Assembly (NCBI GenBank): GCA_963662795.1
Contig: OY759746.1
Coordinates: 3,360,001 to 3,424,000 of the forward strand
Length of the DNA stretch: 64,000 nt
Reading direction: 5' to 3'
Source: Spirochaetia bacterium
GTDB taxonomy: Bacteria > Spirochaetota > Spirochaetia > CADAEX01
How positions within the stretch are numbered: position 1 is the stretch's first letter; every line of letters begins with the position of its first letter. Position numbers and translations under genes: made by a program. Below, piece after piece: positions 9,437-18,592 of the stretch. Below the pieces are notes generated by a model, which did no database searches, was not told the DNA's origin, and saw only the letters and a list, made by a program, of their open reading frames with translations.

Positions 9437-9782
9437 TGTCTTCCTCTTTTCCTGTTATCCTTATAAAAACCCTGTTCGGAAGGCATCCGGCCCAGTCCCC
9501 CGTACTGTCAAGATGTCCTGATTTTACGCACAGCTTGTCAGGGCAGGGTGAGTCAAGAAAGTAAGCCTCCCTGTCCCTGATGAGAATTACAGAGTCTCCT
9601 AACGGCCCTTTAATATAAAGCACCCTGTCCCGGTCAAGCTGATAAACTTCTTTGCCGGATGATGCTGTAATTTCAAGGAGTTCAGGAGAGCTGTACCCGT
9701 CATATATATAAAATCCGGCAGTTATTGCCGTGGTTAAGCTTAACGCGATTGCCGCTATATCTGCGATTTTAATAAGTTTCAT
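9408..9782 (-). CDS. NusG domain II-containing (DUF1312-like) membrane-anchored protein
   Basis: GPLG...SPCPDKLCVKSG...CLPNRVFI motif; N-terminal TM. Confidence 0.85.
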   Translation of the reverse strand: MKLIKIADIAAIALSLTTAITAGFYIYDGYSSPELLEITASSGKEVYQLDRDRVLYIKGPLGDSVILIRDREAYFLDSPCPDKLCVKSGHLDSTGDWAGCLPNRVFIRITGKEEDNEKIDAVSF

Positions 9783-9888
9783 CTTTTACTAATTTACAGC
9801 AATTGAAAGGAAATCAGAAGAACAAAAATCTGAAAACTGAGATTAAATTTTAATGGAATATTTTAGATTTTTAAAAAACAGGTTCTAC

Positions 9889-9917
9889 TTGACAATTAAT
9901 TGAACATCAGATAAATT
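9889..9917 (+). promoter_or_regulatory. sigma70 promoter of the tRNA gene
   Basis: TTGACA-17 bp-TAAATT ending 19 nt before the tRNA. Confidence 0.7.
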
Positions 9918-9936
9918 AACCACCGTATTAAATCAT

Positions 9937-10009
9937 GGTGGCGTAGCTCAGTCGGTAGAGCAAACGGCTCATATCCGTTCGGTCAGGGGTTCAAATCCCT
10001 TCGCCACTA
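9937..10009 (+). tRNA. tRNA-Met(CAT), elongator type, CCA not encoded
   Basis: Cloverleaf: acceptor GGTGGCG/CGCCACT, D arm TAGCTCAGTCGGTAGAGC, anticodon stem AACGG-CTCATAT-CCGTT, T loop GTTCAAATC. The paired 1:72 position argues against initiator; Ile2 not fully excluded. Confidence 0.93.
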
Positions 10010-10095
10010 ATAAAAAAACAATTAAGAGATTGGTTAAATCGTTGTAATGTAAAGCTTCATTAAAAACTACCTTGCAAAATGTTATTTTATCTTAA

Positions 10096-10675
10096 GGGAC
10101 TTCTGAATAATTCAAGTTTTTCAGCTTTTTTCTCATAAATAAGCTCGTTCAGATAATCTTATGAAGTAAAATATTCCCAAAACCCTGAATTATTCCTTAA
10201 AGGACTAATGGTTTTAATACCCAAACCGGGCATTATTCTCAATTGTGTTCGTTATGCACAGATTAGACTCTGTCTTTTCACAGGAACCATATTTACATGA
10301 GTACATGAAACAAATACATGATTTGCATTCTTATCAAATCCATGGTATCTAACCTTCCGGTATCCAAACTATCTTTTAAGCACAAAGACATGCTCTACCT
10401 TAGCCCTGATTCGTGATTTGTTTCTGTTTTGCTCTTTTCCTTTTTCCGTAATGGCCTTACTTCTTCTGTCCACTTCTATGTGGGGTTTCATTCCAAAATG
10501 TCATTGATTCCCTTTTTTTGTCAGCTTCATTTCAGGATCCCTTCCTTTTTTCATGTTTTTAATGAATTCGGCGCTTCTGTTATTGTGGCATCTACTATGG
10601 TTTCTCTATAAACCTTTATTCCGTTTTCATGCAGGTATACATTTATCCTGGCAAAAAGTTCAGAGGCAAGGTCCC
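10096..10675 (-). mobile_element. Degenerate IS5-family element (transposase pseudogene)
   Basis: Minus-strand frameshifted fragments [29 protein letters not shown]; end GGGACTTCTGAATAATT after TTAA; clearly similar to 31123-31998. Confidence 0.8.
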
Positions 10676-10710
10676 TTAGGTGATATTCTAAATTTCCAGA
10701 ATTGTTTTTA

Positions 10711-10752
10711 TTGACAAAGATAGAAGTATCTAATAAAGTTAGATAAAACTAA
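10711..10752 (+). promoter_or_regulatory. sigma70 promoter overlapped by two (T/A)TAG-N6-CTAA boxes (DtxR/IdeR/MntR-family-like)
   Basis: TTGACA(10711)-17-TAAAGT(10734); ATAGAAGTATCTAA at 10720-10733 and TTAGATAAAACTAA at 10739-10752. Confidence 0.5.
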
Positions 10753-10769
10753 GGATATATGACTTAAAT

Positions 10770-11384
10770 ATGCAGAAAAAAAAAGAATATATTGAAAACG
10801 CCATTATCAATGCCGCAAAAAGGGAGTTTATAGATAAGGGATTCCAGAGTGCCTCTATGCGTTCAATTGCAAAAAGATCCGGTATCTCTCTCAGCAATAT
10901 TTATAATTATTTTAAGTGCAAGGATGAAATATTTGAGGTAGTCATCAGCCCTGTTATAAAAAAGATTAACTCCGGTAAAATATTTATGGCCGATCCAGTG
11001 TCTGCTGAAAATGTTAATGATCTTGAGTCCCATCTTGAAATCATGAATAAAGTTATAAAGTTTGTGGAAGATAACAAAGATATTTTGAAAATGATTTTGT
11101 TCAGGTCAAATGGATCGGGGTATGAGACTTATGCTGATAACTTGACTGATTGGTATACTGATCTGTCTATGGAATATATTCCTGTTATGTGTAAGGAACG
11201 GAATATGGAGGTTATAAAGTTCGATCGTTTTATAATTCATAATATTGCAGGTCTGTGGATACAGTTTTTCAGAGAGGCACTGATGCATGATATTTCCGGC
11301 AATAAATTAAAAAATTCGGCTAAAGATATGATGGCTTTTATATATTTCGGCTGGTGTGGGATGTTTGAGAGAAAAAAGGAATAA
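10770..11384 (+). CDS. TetR/AcrR family regulator
   Basis: IINAAKREFIDKGFQSASMRSIAKRSGISLSNIYNYFKCKDEIF HTH. Confidence 0.92.
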   Translation: MQKKKEYIENAIINAAKREFIDKGFQSASMRSIAKRSGISLSNIYNYFKCKDEIFEVVISPVIKKINSGKIFMADPVSAENVNDLESHLEIMNKVIKFVEDNKDILKMILFRSNGSGYETYADNLTDWYTDLSMEYIPVMCKERNMEVIKFDRFIIHNIAGLWIQFFREALMHDISGNKLKNSAKDMMAFIYFGWCGMFERKKE

Positions 11385-11402
11385 AATATTTTTTGGATGT
11401 AA

Positions 11403-11419
11403 AACGAACAATGTTCGTT
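11403..11419. promoter_or_regulatory. Palindromic operator AACGAACA-A-TGTTCGTT (likely TetR site)
   Basis: Perfect 8-1-8 palindrome just after tetR; repeated at 13455-13469. Confidence 0.7.
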
Positions 11420-11467
11420 ATTAAGGTGAACCTATAAAAATAATTGACTGAAAAAGGGAGGTCGAAA

Positions 11468-12238
11468 GTGGATAAGGGAAAGATATTTCTGATTTTATTT
11501 TTGGGATTAAGTTTGGCTGATCTTATGGCTCATACAGGCAGAGATATAATGGTTATGGTTGACGAAAGGGAGGACGGGGAGACAAGGCATTCCGTTATTG
11601 AAATGACTCTGATTAACAAAAACGGCAGGACCCGTGTAAGAAACGTTATTTCGTATCAGAAGGATTACGGGAAAGATAAAAAATCTCTTATGTATTTTAC
11701 AAAGCCTGAGGATGTGAAGGGGACAGGATTTCTAAGCTGGGAATATGAGGACCAGGATAAAGAGGATGATAAATGGCTTTATATGCCGGCCCTTAGAAAA
11801 GAGAGGAGAATAAGCGGAAGTTCTGATAAAGAATATTTTATGGGGACAGATTTTACCTATGATGATATGGGTGACAGAAATGTTGATGAAGACATCCATA
11901 AACTTGTTGCGGAAGAGGAAGTTTCCGGTTTTGATTGCTGGGTTGTGGAATCGATCCCTAAAAATGAGAGTGAATATAGCAGTAAAAAGGTCTGGGTCAG
12001 AAAGGATATAGCTGTAGTTGTAAAGGTTGATTATTACAATAAAGTCGGGCTGATGAAAACTCTCAGTTGTATGGATATAGTTGAAATTGACGGAATATGG
12101 TCTGTCAGGAAGATGATAATGGAAAATATTCAGACAAAACATAAAACGATTATGGAAATATCAGATATAAGGTTTAATGAAAATATTCAGGATACGCTGT
12201 TCACAGTTTCTGCTTTGAAAACAGGAAGAATTCGTTAA
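11468..12238 (+). CDS. Outer-membrane lipoprotein-sorting protein (LolA-like fold)
   Basis: PEDVKGTGFL, DDKWLYMPAL...RRIS, FMGTDFTYDD motifs; signal peptide; GTG start with GGGAGG RBS. Confidence 0.85.
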   Translation: MDKGKIFLILFLGLSLADLMAHTGRDIMVMVDEREDGETRHSVIEMTLINKNGRTRVRNVISYQKDYGKDKKSLMYFTKPEDVKGTGFLSWEYEDQDKEDDKWLYMPALRKERRISGSSDKEYFMGTDFTYDDMGDRNVDEDIHKLVAEEEVSGFDCWVVESIPKNESEYSSKKVWVRKDIAVVVKVDYYNKVGLMKTLSCMDIVEIDGIWSVRKMIMENIQTKHKTIMEISDIRFNENIQDTLFTVSALKTGRIR

Positions 12239-12249
12239 CAGGTGGGAAT

Positions 12250-13437
12250 ATGAAAAAAGCTATTCTGACAATTATTATTTTTATTTTTACAGTTTTTAGT
12301 ATAACTGCAGTTGAACTTGACGGTTTTGCAGACTGTTATTCTTCTGTCGGGATAAAAAAAGATAATGATTTTATCGGTCTTAGATCAAGAATGCGGTTGA
12401 ATCTGTCAGCTGATAATGACAGATCTTATTTTTACGGATCTTTAAACTGTGTGGATAATCAGGGACTTTCTGAAAAGGAGATTACTCTTCGGGAACTCTA
12501 TATGGAACACAGTGGAGAGTTATGGGATATTAGAATAGGGCGGCAGATTTACATCTGGGGCAAGGCTGACGGTGTGAGGATTACTGATCTTATCTGCCCT
12601 GCTGATTACACAGAATACAATACAAGGGATCTTGATGATGTCAGGATGCCGGTTGAATCTGTAAAGGTGAGATATTTTCTACCATTCGGAGAAGTTGAAT
12701 TTATATGGATACCCCTGTTTAAAAGTTCTTTATATCCCGAAGGGGAAAATCCGTGGACGGTTGAGACTTCTTTAGCTGGTGAAGATGATGTTGTCCTGAA
12801 CGATCCTGTTGAGCCGGAGAAGAAATTTGAAAACAGTGAGATAGCTGGGAAGCTGTCGTTTTATCTTTCCGGTTTTGACTTTGCCATCTCCGCATTTCAC
12901 ACATGGGATGATGAACCTGTTTATCATAAGACAAGAAGTAACGGGGTTGTTTCTCTGACCCCTGAATATCACAGACTTGAATCTTTTGGTGTGGAACTGT
13001 CAAAACCTCTTTCTGATTTTGTATTGAGAAGTGAAACAGCATGTTTACTCGGGAAGTATTTTGCCTCTTTGAATGAGATGGGTGTAACAGAGAAGAATTA
13101 TATAAAAAGTCTGGCGGGACTGGATTGGTATGGTGATAACAATGTTGTAATTCTTCTCCAGGGAGGAGTTGATTTTATTATTGATTATGAAAAAGCTGTC
13201 AGCCGCGATGAGGCAGTCTTTTACGCTACGTTTAATATTACCAAAAAACTTTTTCGGGAATTATTGGAACTTAAAAATATGATCTATTACGATTTCAATG
13301 ATGAAGATGGGTATAATTGCGCTTCTGCTGAATATTCCATGACTGATGATTTCCGCTTTTCTCTTGGGGTGAATAATTATTTTGATACATATGAAAAAAA
13401 TAACATGATCTGGGTAAAGGCAAAATACAATTATTGA
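12250..13437 (+). CDS. Putative outer-membrane beta-barrel (DUF1302-like)
   Basis: Signal peptide, LRELY..., RIGRQIYIWGKADG..ITDLICP motif, C-terminal aromatic (KAKYNY). Confidence 0.7.
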   Translation: MKKAILTIIIFIFTVFSITAVELDGFADCYSSVGIKKDNDFIGLRSRMRLNLSADNDRSYFYGSLNCVDNQGLSEKEITLRELYMEHSGELWDIRIGRQIYIWGKADGVRITDLICPADYTEYNTRDLDDVRMPVESVKVRYFLPFGEVEFIWIPLFKSSLYPEGENPWTVETSLAGEDDVVLNDPVEPEKKFENSEIAGKLSFYLSGFDFAISAFHTWDDEPVYHKTRSNGVVSLTPEYHRLESFGVELSKPLSDFVLRSETACLLGKYFASLNEMGVTEKNYIKSLAGLDWYGDNNVVILLQGGVDFIIDYEKAVSRDEAVFYATFNITKKLFRELLELKNMIYYDFNDEDGYNCASAEYSMTDDFRFSLGVNNYFDTYEKNNMIWVKAKYNY

Positions 13438-13442
13438 TTTTT

Positions 13443-13469
13443 AACGAACATAAAACGAACAATGTTCGT
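13443..13469. promoter_or_regulatory. Second copy of the ACGAACA-A-TGTTCGT operator plus an extra half-site
   Basis: TAAAACGAACAATGTTCGT identical to 11400-11418; half-site AACGAACA at 13443-13450. Confidence 0.7.
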
Positions 13470-13487
13470 GTATGAATGGAGGGTAAT

Positions 13488-15932
13488 ATGGGAATTAAGA
13501 TAGAAAAAATAAATGAAAGATTCAAAGTGCTGGGTGAGCGGATTGTAAAACGCAGGGGGCTGTTGCTTGGTGTGTTTGCCCTGTTGGTAGTTTTTAGCTT
13601 TATGGGAATGAGCGGCCTTAAAGCAAATTATTCGAATGACAGCTGGTTCCTGGAAAATGATCCGCTTATTGTAGTGGAGGACAAATTTAAAGAGGTTTTT
13701 GGAAACAACACAAATTGTGCAGTTTTGATTGAGGTTGAAAATATTTTTGAAAAGAATACTCTTGAGAAAATTAGAGAGCTGGGAATTGAGCTTGAAAGCA
13801 AAGTTCCCTATGCAGATGATATTATATCAATTGCTGATTTTGAGTTCCTTGATGGAATTGAAGGGGGAATGAATGTTGACCAATTGATAGGAGATCCGGT
13901 TCCATCAGATAAAGCTGTTCTTTCCCTATTAAAACAGAAAGCACTTTCAAAGCCTGCTATCTGCAATAAGCTTATTTCTTCTTCAGGAAACGAAAGCTGG
14001 ATCATATTGAGGCTTCTGAATTATCCCGAAGACTGGAATAGCGATCCCAATCATCTGAAATATATTCAAAGGGAAGCTGAATTGTATCCCGGATTGTACA
14101 AAGGAATTGATGTATCAAAACCTCTTGATCCTGAGGATATTGCAGGCGTTATTTTTAAAAGAATAGTAAGACAGGATTATTATAAAATACTCAATCCTGC
14201 AGCGGCGGGACTGCCTGTTCTTGTTTCAGATAAAAGAGAGTTTTTCAATGCGGAAACTCCGCGCCTGATGCTCCTGGGCTTGCTGATCTCAGTTCTGGTT
14301 CTTGTAATTACTCTCCGTTCTTTGAGGGGTGTTGTTTTTCCAGTAATAACAGCTGTTGCTTCAATGATAATAACATTTGGGATTGAAGGATATTTAAAAG
14401 TGGAGTTTGATCCTTCCATGATTCTTATCCCTGCTTTTCTTGGTCTGGCTGTAGCAATTGGATATTCGATTCATGTGTTCAGTTTTTACAGACAGAACCT
14501 TGATAAGTCCGGAGACAGAAAAGATGCTGCTGTTAAAGCAGTAGAGGAGATCGGGTGGCCCCTTTTGTTTACAGCTCTTACAACAATTGCAGCTCTCATC
14601 TCTTTTCGGCTTATTGATGTAAAGACACTCCGTTGGGTTGGAATGACCTCTTCATTTATGGTTGCCGTAACTTATGTTGTTTCAGTATTTATTTTTCCGG
14701 CATTATTAAGTTATGGAAAAAACAAGGATATAAATTATAAAACAAAGAATAAAGAAAGTGGTTTATTCCCGGGAATGCTGACCTCTTTTGGAGAATGGAC
14801 AACGGTAAATCCTCTTAAAATTATTGCAGTATATATTGGGTTTTCAATAATCTGTATTTACGGACTAATGAAAATTGAAGTTTCTTTTGACATAAAAGAG
14901 TCAATGGGGGAAAAGATTCCATATGTTGCGAGAAACCTTCATGTCGGTGATTCAGATCTCGGTTCAATATATTCGTATGATGTCGGAATAGAATTCCAGA
15001 ATCCGGGTGAAGCAAAGGATCCTGAAAATCTGAAGAAATTTGATGAACTAATAGAAGAAATCGAATTATTCAGCCTGACCAAGAATACAAGTTCATTGCT
15101 GGATGTGCTTAAAGATATCAATGTTGTTTTGAATGAGAATGATTATAAGTACTATAAAGTTCCTGATACAAAAGAAATGGTTGCTCAGATGCTGCTATTG
15201 TATGAAAACGCAGGTGGAACAGAGGCTGAAAAATGGGTTGATTATGATTATCAGAGACTCCATGCTGCCGTCAATCTAAAATATTACAACAGTAAAGAGG
15301 CGGTTCGTGAGTTTTCAGAGATAAGAAAATTAGCCGGAGAGTTATTCCCCGGAGCAAATGTTGTGCTTTATGGTTCAATGCCTAAGTTTACCGACATGAT
15401 GCAGAAAGTTTCATGGGGACAGATAAAAGCATTCCTGATTTCTCTTGTTATTATCTCAATACTTATGATGCTTGTTTTCGGCAGTTTTGCAACCGGTCTT
15501 ATAGGGATGATACCGAACATATCACCTGCTCTTGCTGTAGGGGGAATTATGGGGATATTCGGTATACCGCTTGATATGATGACATGTACTGTTATGCCTA
15601 TGATCATGGGACTTTCGGTTGATGATACAATCCATTTTATAAATCACACACAACTTGAATATCTAAAAACAGGGGATAGAAGAAAAAGTGTTATTCAGAC
15701 ATTTAGACGGGTTTGTCCAGCTCTTATAATGACTTCAGCTGTTCTTATCCTTAATTTTTCTGCGTATACAACCTCAATGGCCAAATTTTACCTTCATTTC
15801 GGTATTCTTACATCTGCCGGAATATTTGCAGCACTTGTTGCAGATTTGTTTGTTACACCTGCTTTGATGATTTTGCAAAAAAATAATAACAGCAGGGTCT
15901 TGATTTCTTCAAAAAGGAAAATTGCGGGCTGA
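13488..15932 (+). CDS. MMPL/RND-superfamily transporter
   Basis: Two repeats of TM + large periplasmic loop + 5 TM; GLSVDDTIHF and PLLFTALTTIAALISF motifs; GGAGG RBS before ATG 13488. Confidence 0.88.
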   Translation: MGIKIEKINERFKVLGERIVKRRGLLLGVFALLVVFSFMGMSGLKANYSNDSWFLENDPLIVVEDKFKEVFGNNTNCAVLIEVENIFEKNTLEKIRELGIELESKVPYADDIISIADFEFLDGIEGGMNVDQLIGDPVPSDKAVLSLLKQKALSKPAICNKLISSSGNESWIILRLLNYPEDWNSDPNHLKYIQREAELYPGLYKGIDVSKPLDPEDIAGVIFKRIVRQDYYKILNPAAAGLPVLVSDKREFFNAETPRLMLLGLLISVLVLVITLRSLRGVVFPVITAVASMIITFGIEGYLKVEFDPSMILIPAFLGLAVAIGYSIHVFSFYRQNLDKSGDRKDAAVKAVEEIGWPLLFTALTTIAALISFRLIDVKTLRWVGMTSSFMVAVTYVVSVFIFPALLSYGKNKDINYKTKNKESGLFPGMLTSFGEWTTVNPLKIIAVYIGFSIICIYGLMKIEVSFDIKESMGEKIPYVARNLHVGDSDLGSIYSYDVGIEFQNPGEAKDPENLKKFDELIEEIELFSLTKNTSSLLDVLKDINVVLNENDYKYYKVPDTKEMVAQMLLLYENAGGTEAEKWVDYDYQRLHAAVNLKYYNSKEAVREFSEIRKLAGELFPGANVVLYGSMPKFTDMMQKVSWGQIKAFLISLVIISILMMLVFGSFATGLIGMIPNISPALAVGGIMGIFGIPLDMMTCTVMPMIMGLSVDDTIHFINHTQLEYLKTGDRRKSVIQTFRRVCPALIMTSAVLILNFSAYTTSMAKFYLHFGILTSAGIFAALVADLFVTPALMILQKNNNSRVLISSKRKIAG

Positions 15933-15971
15933 TGGATATGGAACAGACTATTTTTACTGAGGAGTATTGGC

Positions 15972-16238
15972 ATGTTGATAAGTATTCTGACTATGGCGGG
16001 CGAAGGGCAGGTAACCGGTATTGATGATATTGCTTGCCGATTACATATAAGTGACGTGTTTGCAGAACAGTTAATTCGCCATCTTTTTAGATGCGGATAT
16101 CTGAGGGGCGTCACGGCAATTTCATCTGTCTCCGGGAACTGCAAGAACTGTTTATCTGATGGAAAATGTGGTTTCAGGAAAAACGGTATTAAAATGTGGG
16201 AACTTACAGATAAAGGTAGAAAGGTTATTGAAAATTAA
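15972..16238 (+). CDS. FeoC-like winged-helix protein with Cys cluster
   Basis: IACRLHIS..EQLIRHL..CGYL winged helix, CKNC-x5-C, WELTDKG; GAGGAG RBS; directly upstream of feoA. Confidence 0.7.
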   Translation: MLISILTMAGEGQVTGIDDIACRLHISDVFAEQLIRHLFRCGYLRGVTAISSVSGNCKNCLSDGKCGFRKNGIKMWELTDKGRKVIEN

Positions 16239-16290
16239 GAACTTCTAAGTCTTTTTAAGTTAGAAGAATTGAATAAGTACAGGAGGGTAT

Positions 16291-16521
16291 ATGTATACAC
16301 TTGATTTATTAAAAACAGGCGAAACAGGGAGAATAATCAGTTTGAAAGGGGGCAAACATTTTATCAGTAGAATTACTGCTATGGGGTTTACTCCTGAAAC
16401 AAAAATAAAAATGATTTTCAACCGGGGACGAGGCCCGATTATAGTTTTTTTGCGGGATACTATGGTCGCTCTGGGGCGTGGCGAAACCTTGAAAATTAGT
16501 GTTAAGGCTGGTGCTGTATGA
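16291..16521 (+). CDS. feoA: Ferrous iron transport protein A
   Basis: LKTGETGRI, RITAMGFTP, GPIIV, VALGRGE; 76 aa; overlaps feoB start. Confidence 0.92.
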   Translation: MYTLDLLKTGETGRIISLKGGKHFISRITAMGFTPETKIKMIFNRGRGPIIVFLRDTMVALGRGETLKISVKAGAV

Positions 16522-18566
16522 TTACGGGTGTCAGGACGAAATCATATACTGTTGCTCTTGCCGGACAGCCCAACACAGGGAAATCAACAGTTTTTAACAG
16601 ACTTACAGGGGCAAAGCAGCATGTGGGAAATTGGCCCGGAAAAACAGTGGAAAAGAAGATGGGATTCTATGACTATGATGGTAATACTTATAACATTGTT
16701 GACCTGCCGGGTACCTATAGCCTTACTGCCAATTCAATGGAGGAGCGGATTACCAGGGATTATCTTATTAAGGAAAACCCTGATGTTATTGTTGTAATGG
16801 CTGATGCGGCTCAGCTTGAACGTACTCTTTATTTACTTGCGGAAATCAGGATGCTTGCAATTCCTGTTGTTCTTGCATTGAATATGATGGATATTGCCGA
16901 AGGACAGGGGAAAAAAATAGATGTAGAAATACTTGAAATTTCAGCCGGGGTACCTGTTGTTCCAATTGCAGCTGCAAAGGGAAGAGGAATTGATCGGCTT
17001 TTAGCTCTTGTTGCAAAGACAATAAAAACCGGAAGATCAGCAGAAAAAAACATCCATGGAAATAGTGATTTTATTAGAGAATATCAGAAATTAAAAACAC
17101 TGATATCCGGAAAAATTCCCTTACCTTATACAGAAGAGTGGATAGCTGTAAAGTTGATTGAAAATGACGATGAAGTTGTAAATATTGTTAAAGAAAATAT
17201 ATCATTATCAGATTTTGAAAAAGTTGAAAGATGCATGAAAAGAATCCCTGACGGGATTCTGCTTGCCGCAGATTCCCGGTATAACTGGATTCGAGAGATC
17301 CTTTCTATGGCTCTTGATAATTCGGAAACTGATAAAAGAGAAAGAAAGCATTCCGGATTTGACAGAGCTGCTACCCATCCTGTCTGGGGGAAGCTGATTG
17401 CTGTCGGGATTATGGTAATATCCTTTGCAGCGGCTATGATTATAGCAATTCCTCTGATGTCAGCTTTACAGGCAGTTTTGCCTTCTATTTCCTTGTTCCT
17501 CCGCGAATTCTTTTCAGCTGCCCCCGTGTGGGTGGGGTCTCTTTTCGCTGATGGACTTCTTCCCGGTCTTTTTGTTGCGTTATGTATGCTTTCCTATATC
17601 TTCGGTGTTTATATTGTATTTGGAGTACTGGAAGATGTCGGGTATCTCGCCCGGCTGGCCTATATTTTTGACCGTTCAATGAGCAAGCTCGGGCTGCACG
17701 GGAAATCATTTATGCCGCTTCTAATGAGTTTCGGGTGTAATATTGCCGGTGTCACGGGAACACGGGTTATAGATTCCTGGCGGCAACGCATGGTAACACT
17801 TGTAATGGTTCCTATTATACCATGTTTGGCGCTTTGGGCTGTGGTAAGTTTTATGGGAATGATTTTTTTCGGCCCCGGAATGCCTCTGGTTATAATTTCT
17901 CTTTTACTTGTTATGGTTCTTTATCTGGTTCTTACATCGGTATTGCTTAGAAAGACTGTATTAAAAGGTGAATCAACTGGTCTTATTATGGAATTGCCTC
18001 CCTATCATAAACCCAACTGGAATACAATATTGGGTTATGTGTGGGTTCAGGTCAAAGGATTTTTAAAACGTGCTGTGACTCTTATTACGGTGATTACTAT
18101 ATTTATATGGGCTCTTTCGTATCAACCGGATGGAAATATTGAAAACAGTATCCTTGCTTCAATTGGAAGGTTTTTTGATCCGCTTTCAGGATTGATGGGG
18201 CTGGACTGGAAACTCTTTATTGCTCTTGTAGCAGCTATTGTAGCAAAAGAGGCTTCTTTGTCAGTTCTTGCTGTTCTTTATGGAATAGGGCAGGGCTGCA
18301 TGTCTATTACAAGTCTGTTAATTCCCGGGTCCGGAGGTTTTGAAGAAGCATCCCTTATCGGATCTCTTACCCATTCCATATCGCCGGCATCTGCTTTAGC
18401 TTTTATTTTTGCTTTTTTCTTTTCTATTCCCTGTATCGGAACAATAGCGACGATAAATTCTGAGACCCGATCCCTTGGATGGACTGCCGGATGTTCACTT
18501 TATTATACTTTAATATCTTTTATCGCCGGTGTCCTGGCTTATCATGCAGGGCTCATAATTTTTTAA
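16518..18566 (+). CDS. feoB: Ferrous iron transport protein B
   Basis: GQPNTGKS, VGNWPGKTVE, DLPGTYSL, NMMD G-motifs; LEDVGYLAR, FGCN, MELPPY, PC gate motifs. Confidence 0.95.
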   Translation: MITGVRTKSYTVALAGQPNTGKSTVFNRLTGAKQHVGNWPGKTVEKKMGFYDYDGNTYNIVDLPGTYSLTANSMEERITRDYLIKENPDVIVVMADAAQLERTLYLLAEIRMLAIPVVLALNMMDIAEGQGKKIDVEILEISAGVPVVPIAAAKGRGIDRLLALVAKTIKTGRSAEKNIHGNSDFIREYQKLKTLISGKIPLPYTEEWIAVKLIENDDEVVNIVKENISLSDFEKVERCMKRIPDGILLAADSRYNWIREILSMALDNSETDKRERKHSGFDRAATHPVWGKLIAVGIMVISFAAAMIIAIPLMSALQAVLPSISLFLREFFSAAPVWVGSLFADGLLPGLFVALCMLSYIFGVYIVFGVLEDVGYLARLAYIFDRSMSKLGLHGKSFMPLLMSFGCNIAGVTGTRVIDSWRQRMVTLVMVPIIPCLALWAVVSFMGMIFFGPGMPLVIISLLLVMVLYLVLTSVLLRKTVLKGESTGLIMELPPYHKPNWNTILGYVWVQVKGFLKRAVTLITVITIFIWALSYQPDGNIENSILASIGRFFDPLSGLMGLDWKLFIALVAAIVAKEASLSVLAVLYGIGQGCMSITSLLIPGSGGFEEASLIGSLTHSISPASALAFIFAFFFSIPCIGTIATINSETRSLGWTAGCSLYYTLISFIAGVLAYHAGLIIF

Positions 18567-18592
18567 AAAAACAGGTAGGGAGTATAAACAAT

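Noticed and set aside
10429-10611. Small + strand ORFs in the IS remnants (also 31346-31528, 31521-31784)
   Set aside because: Antisense shadows of decayed transposase sequence
16235-16270. Inverted repeat CTTCTAA...TTAGAAG before feoA as a metal box
   Set aside because: Short and AT-rich; cannot distinguish operator, RNA hairpin or chance
18479-18592. N-terminal extension of the first ABC gene overlapping feoB
   Set aside because: GGGAG RBS precedes ATG 18593; the extension is out-of-frame feoB sequence
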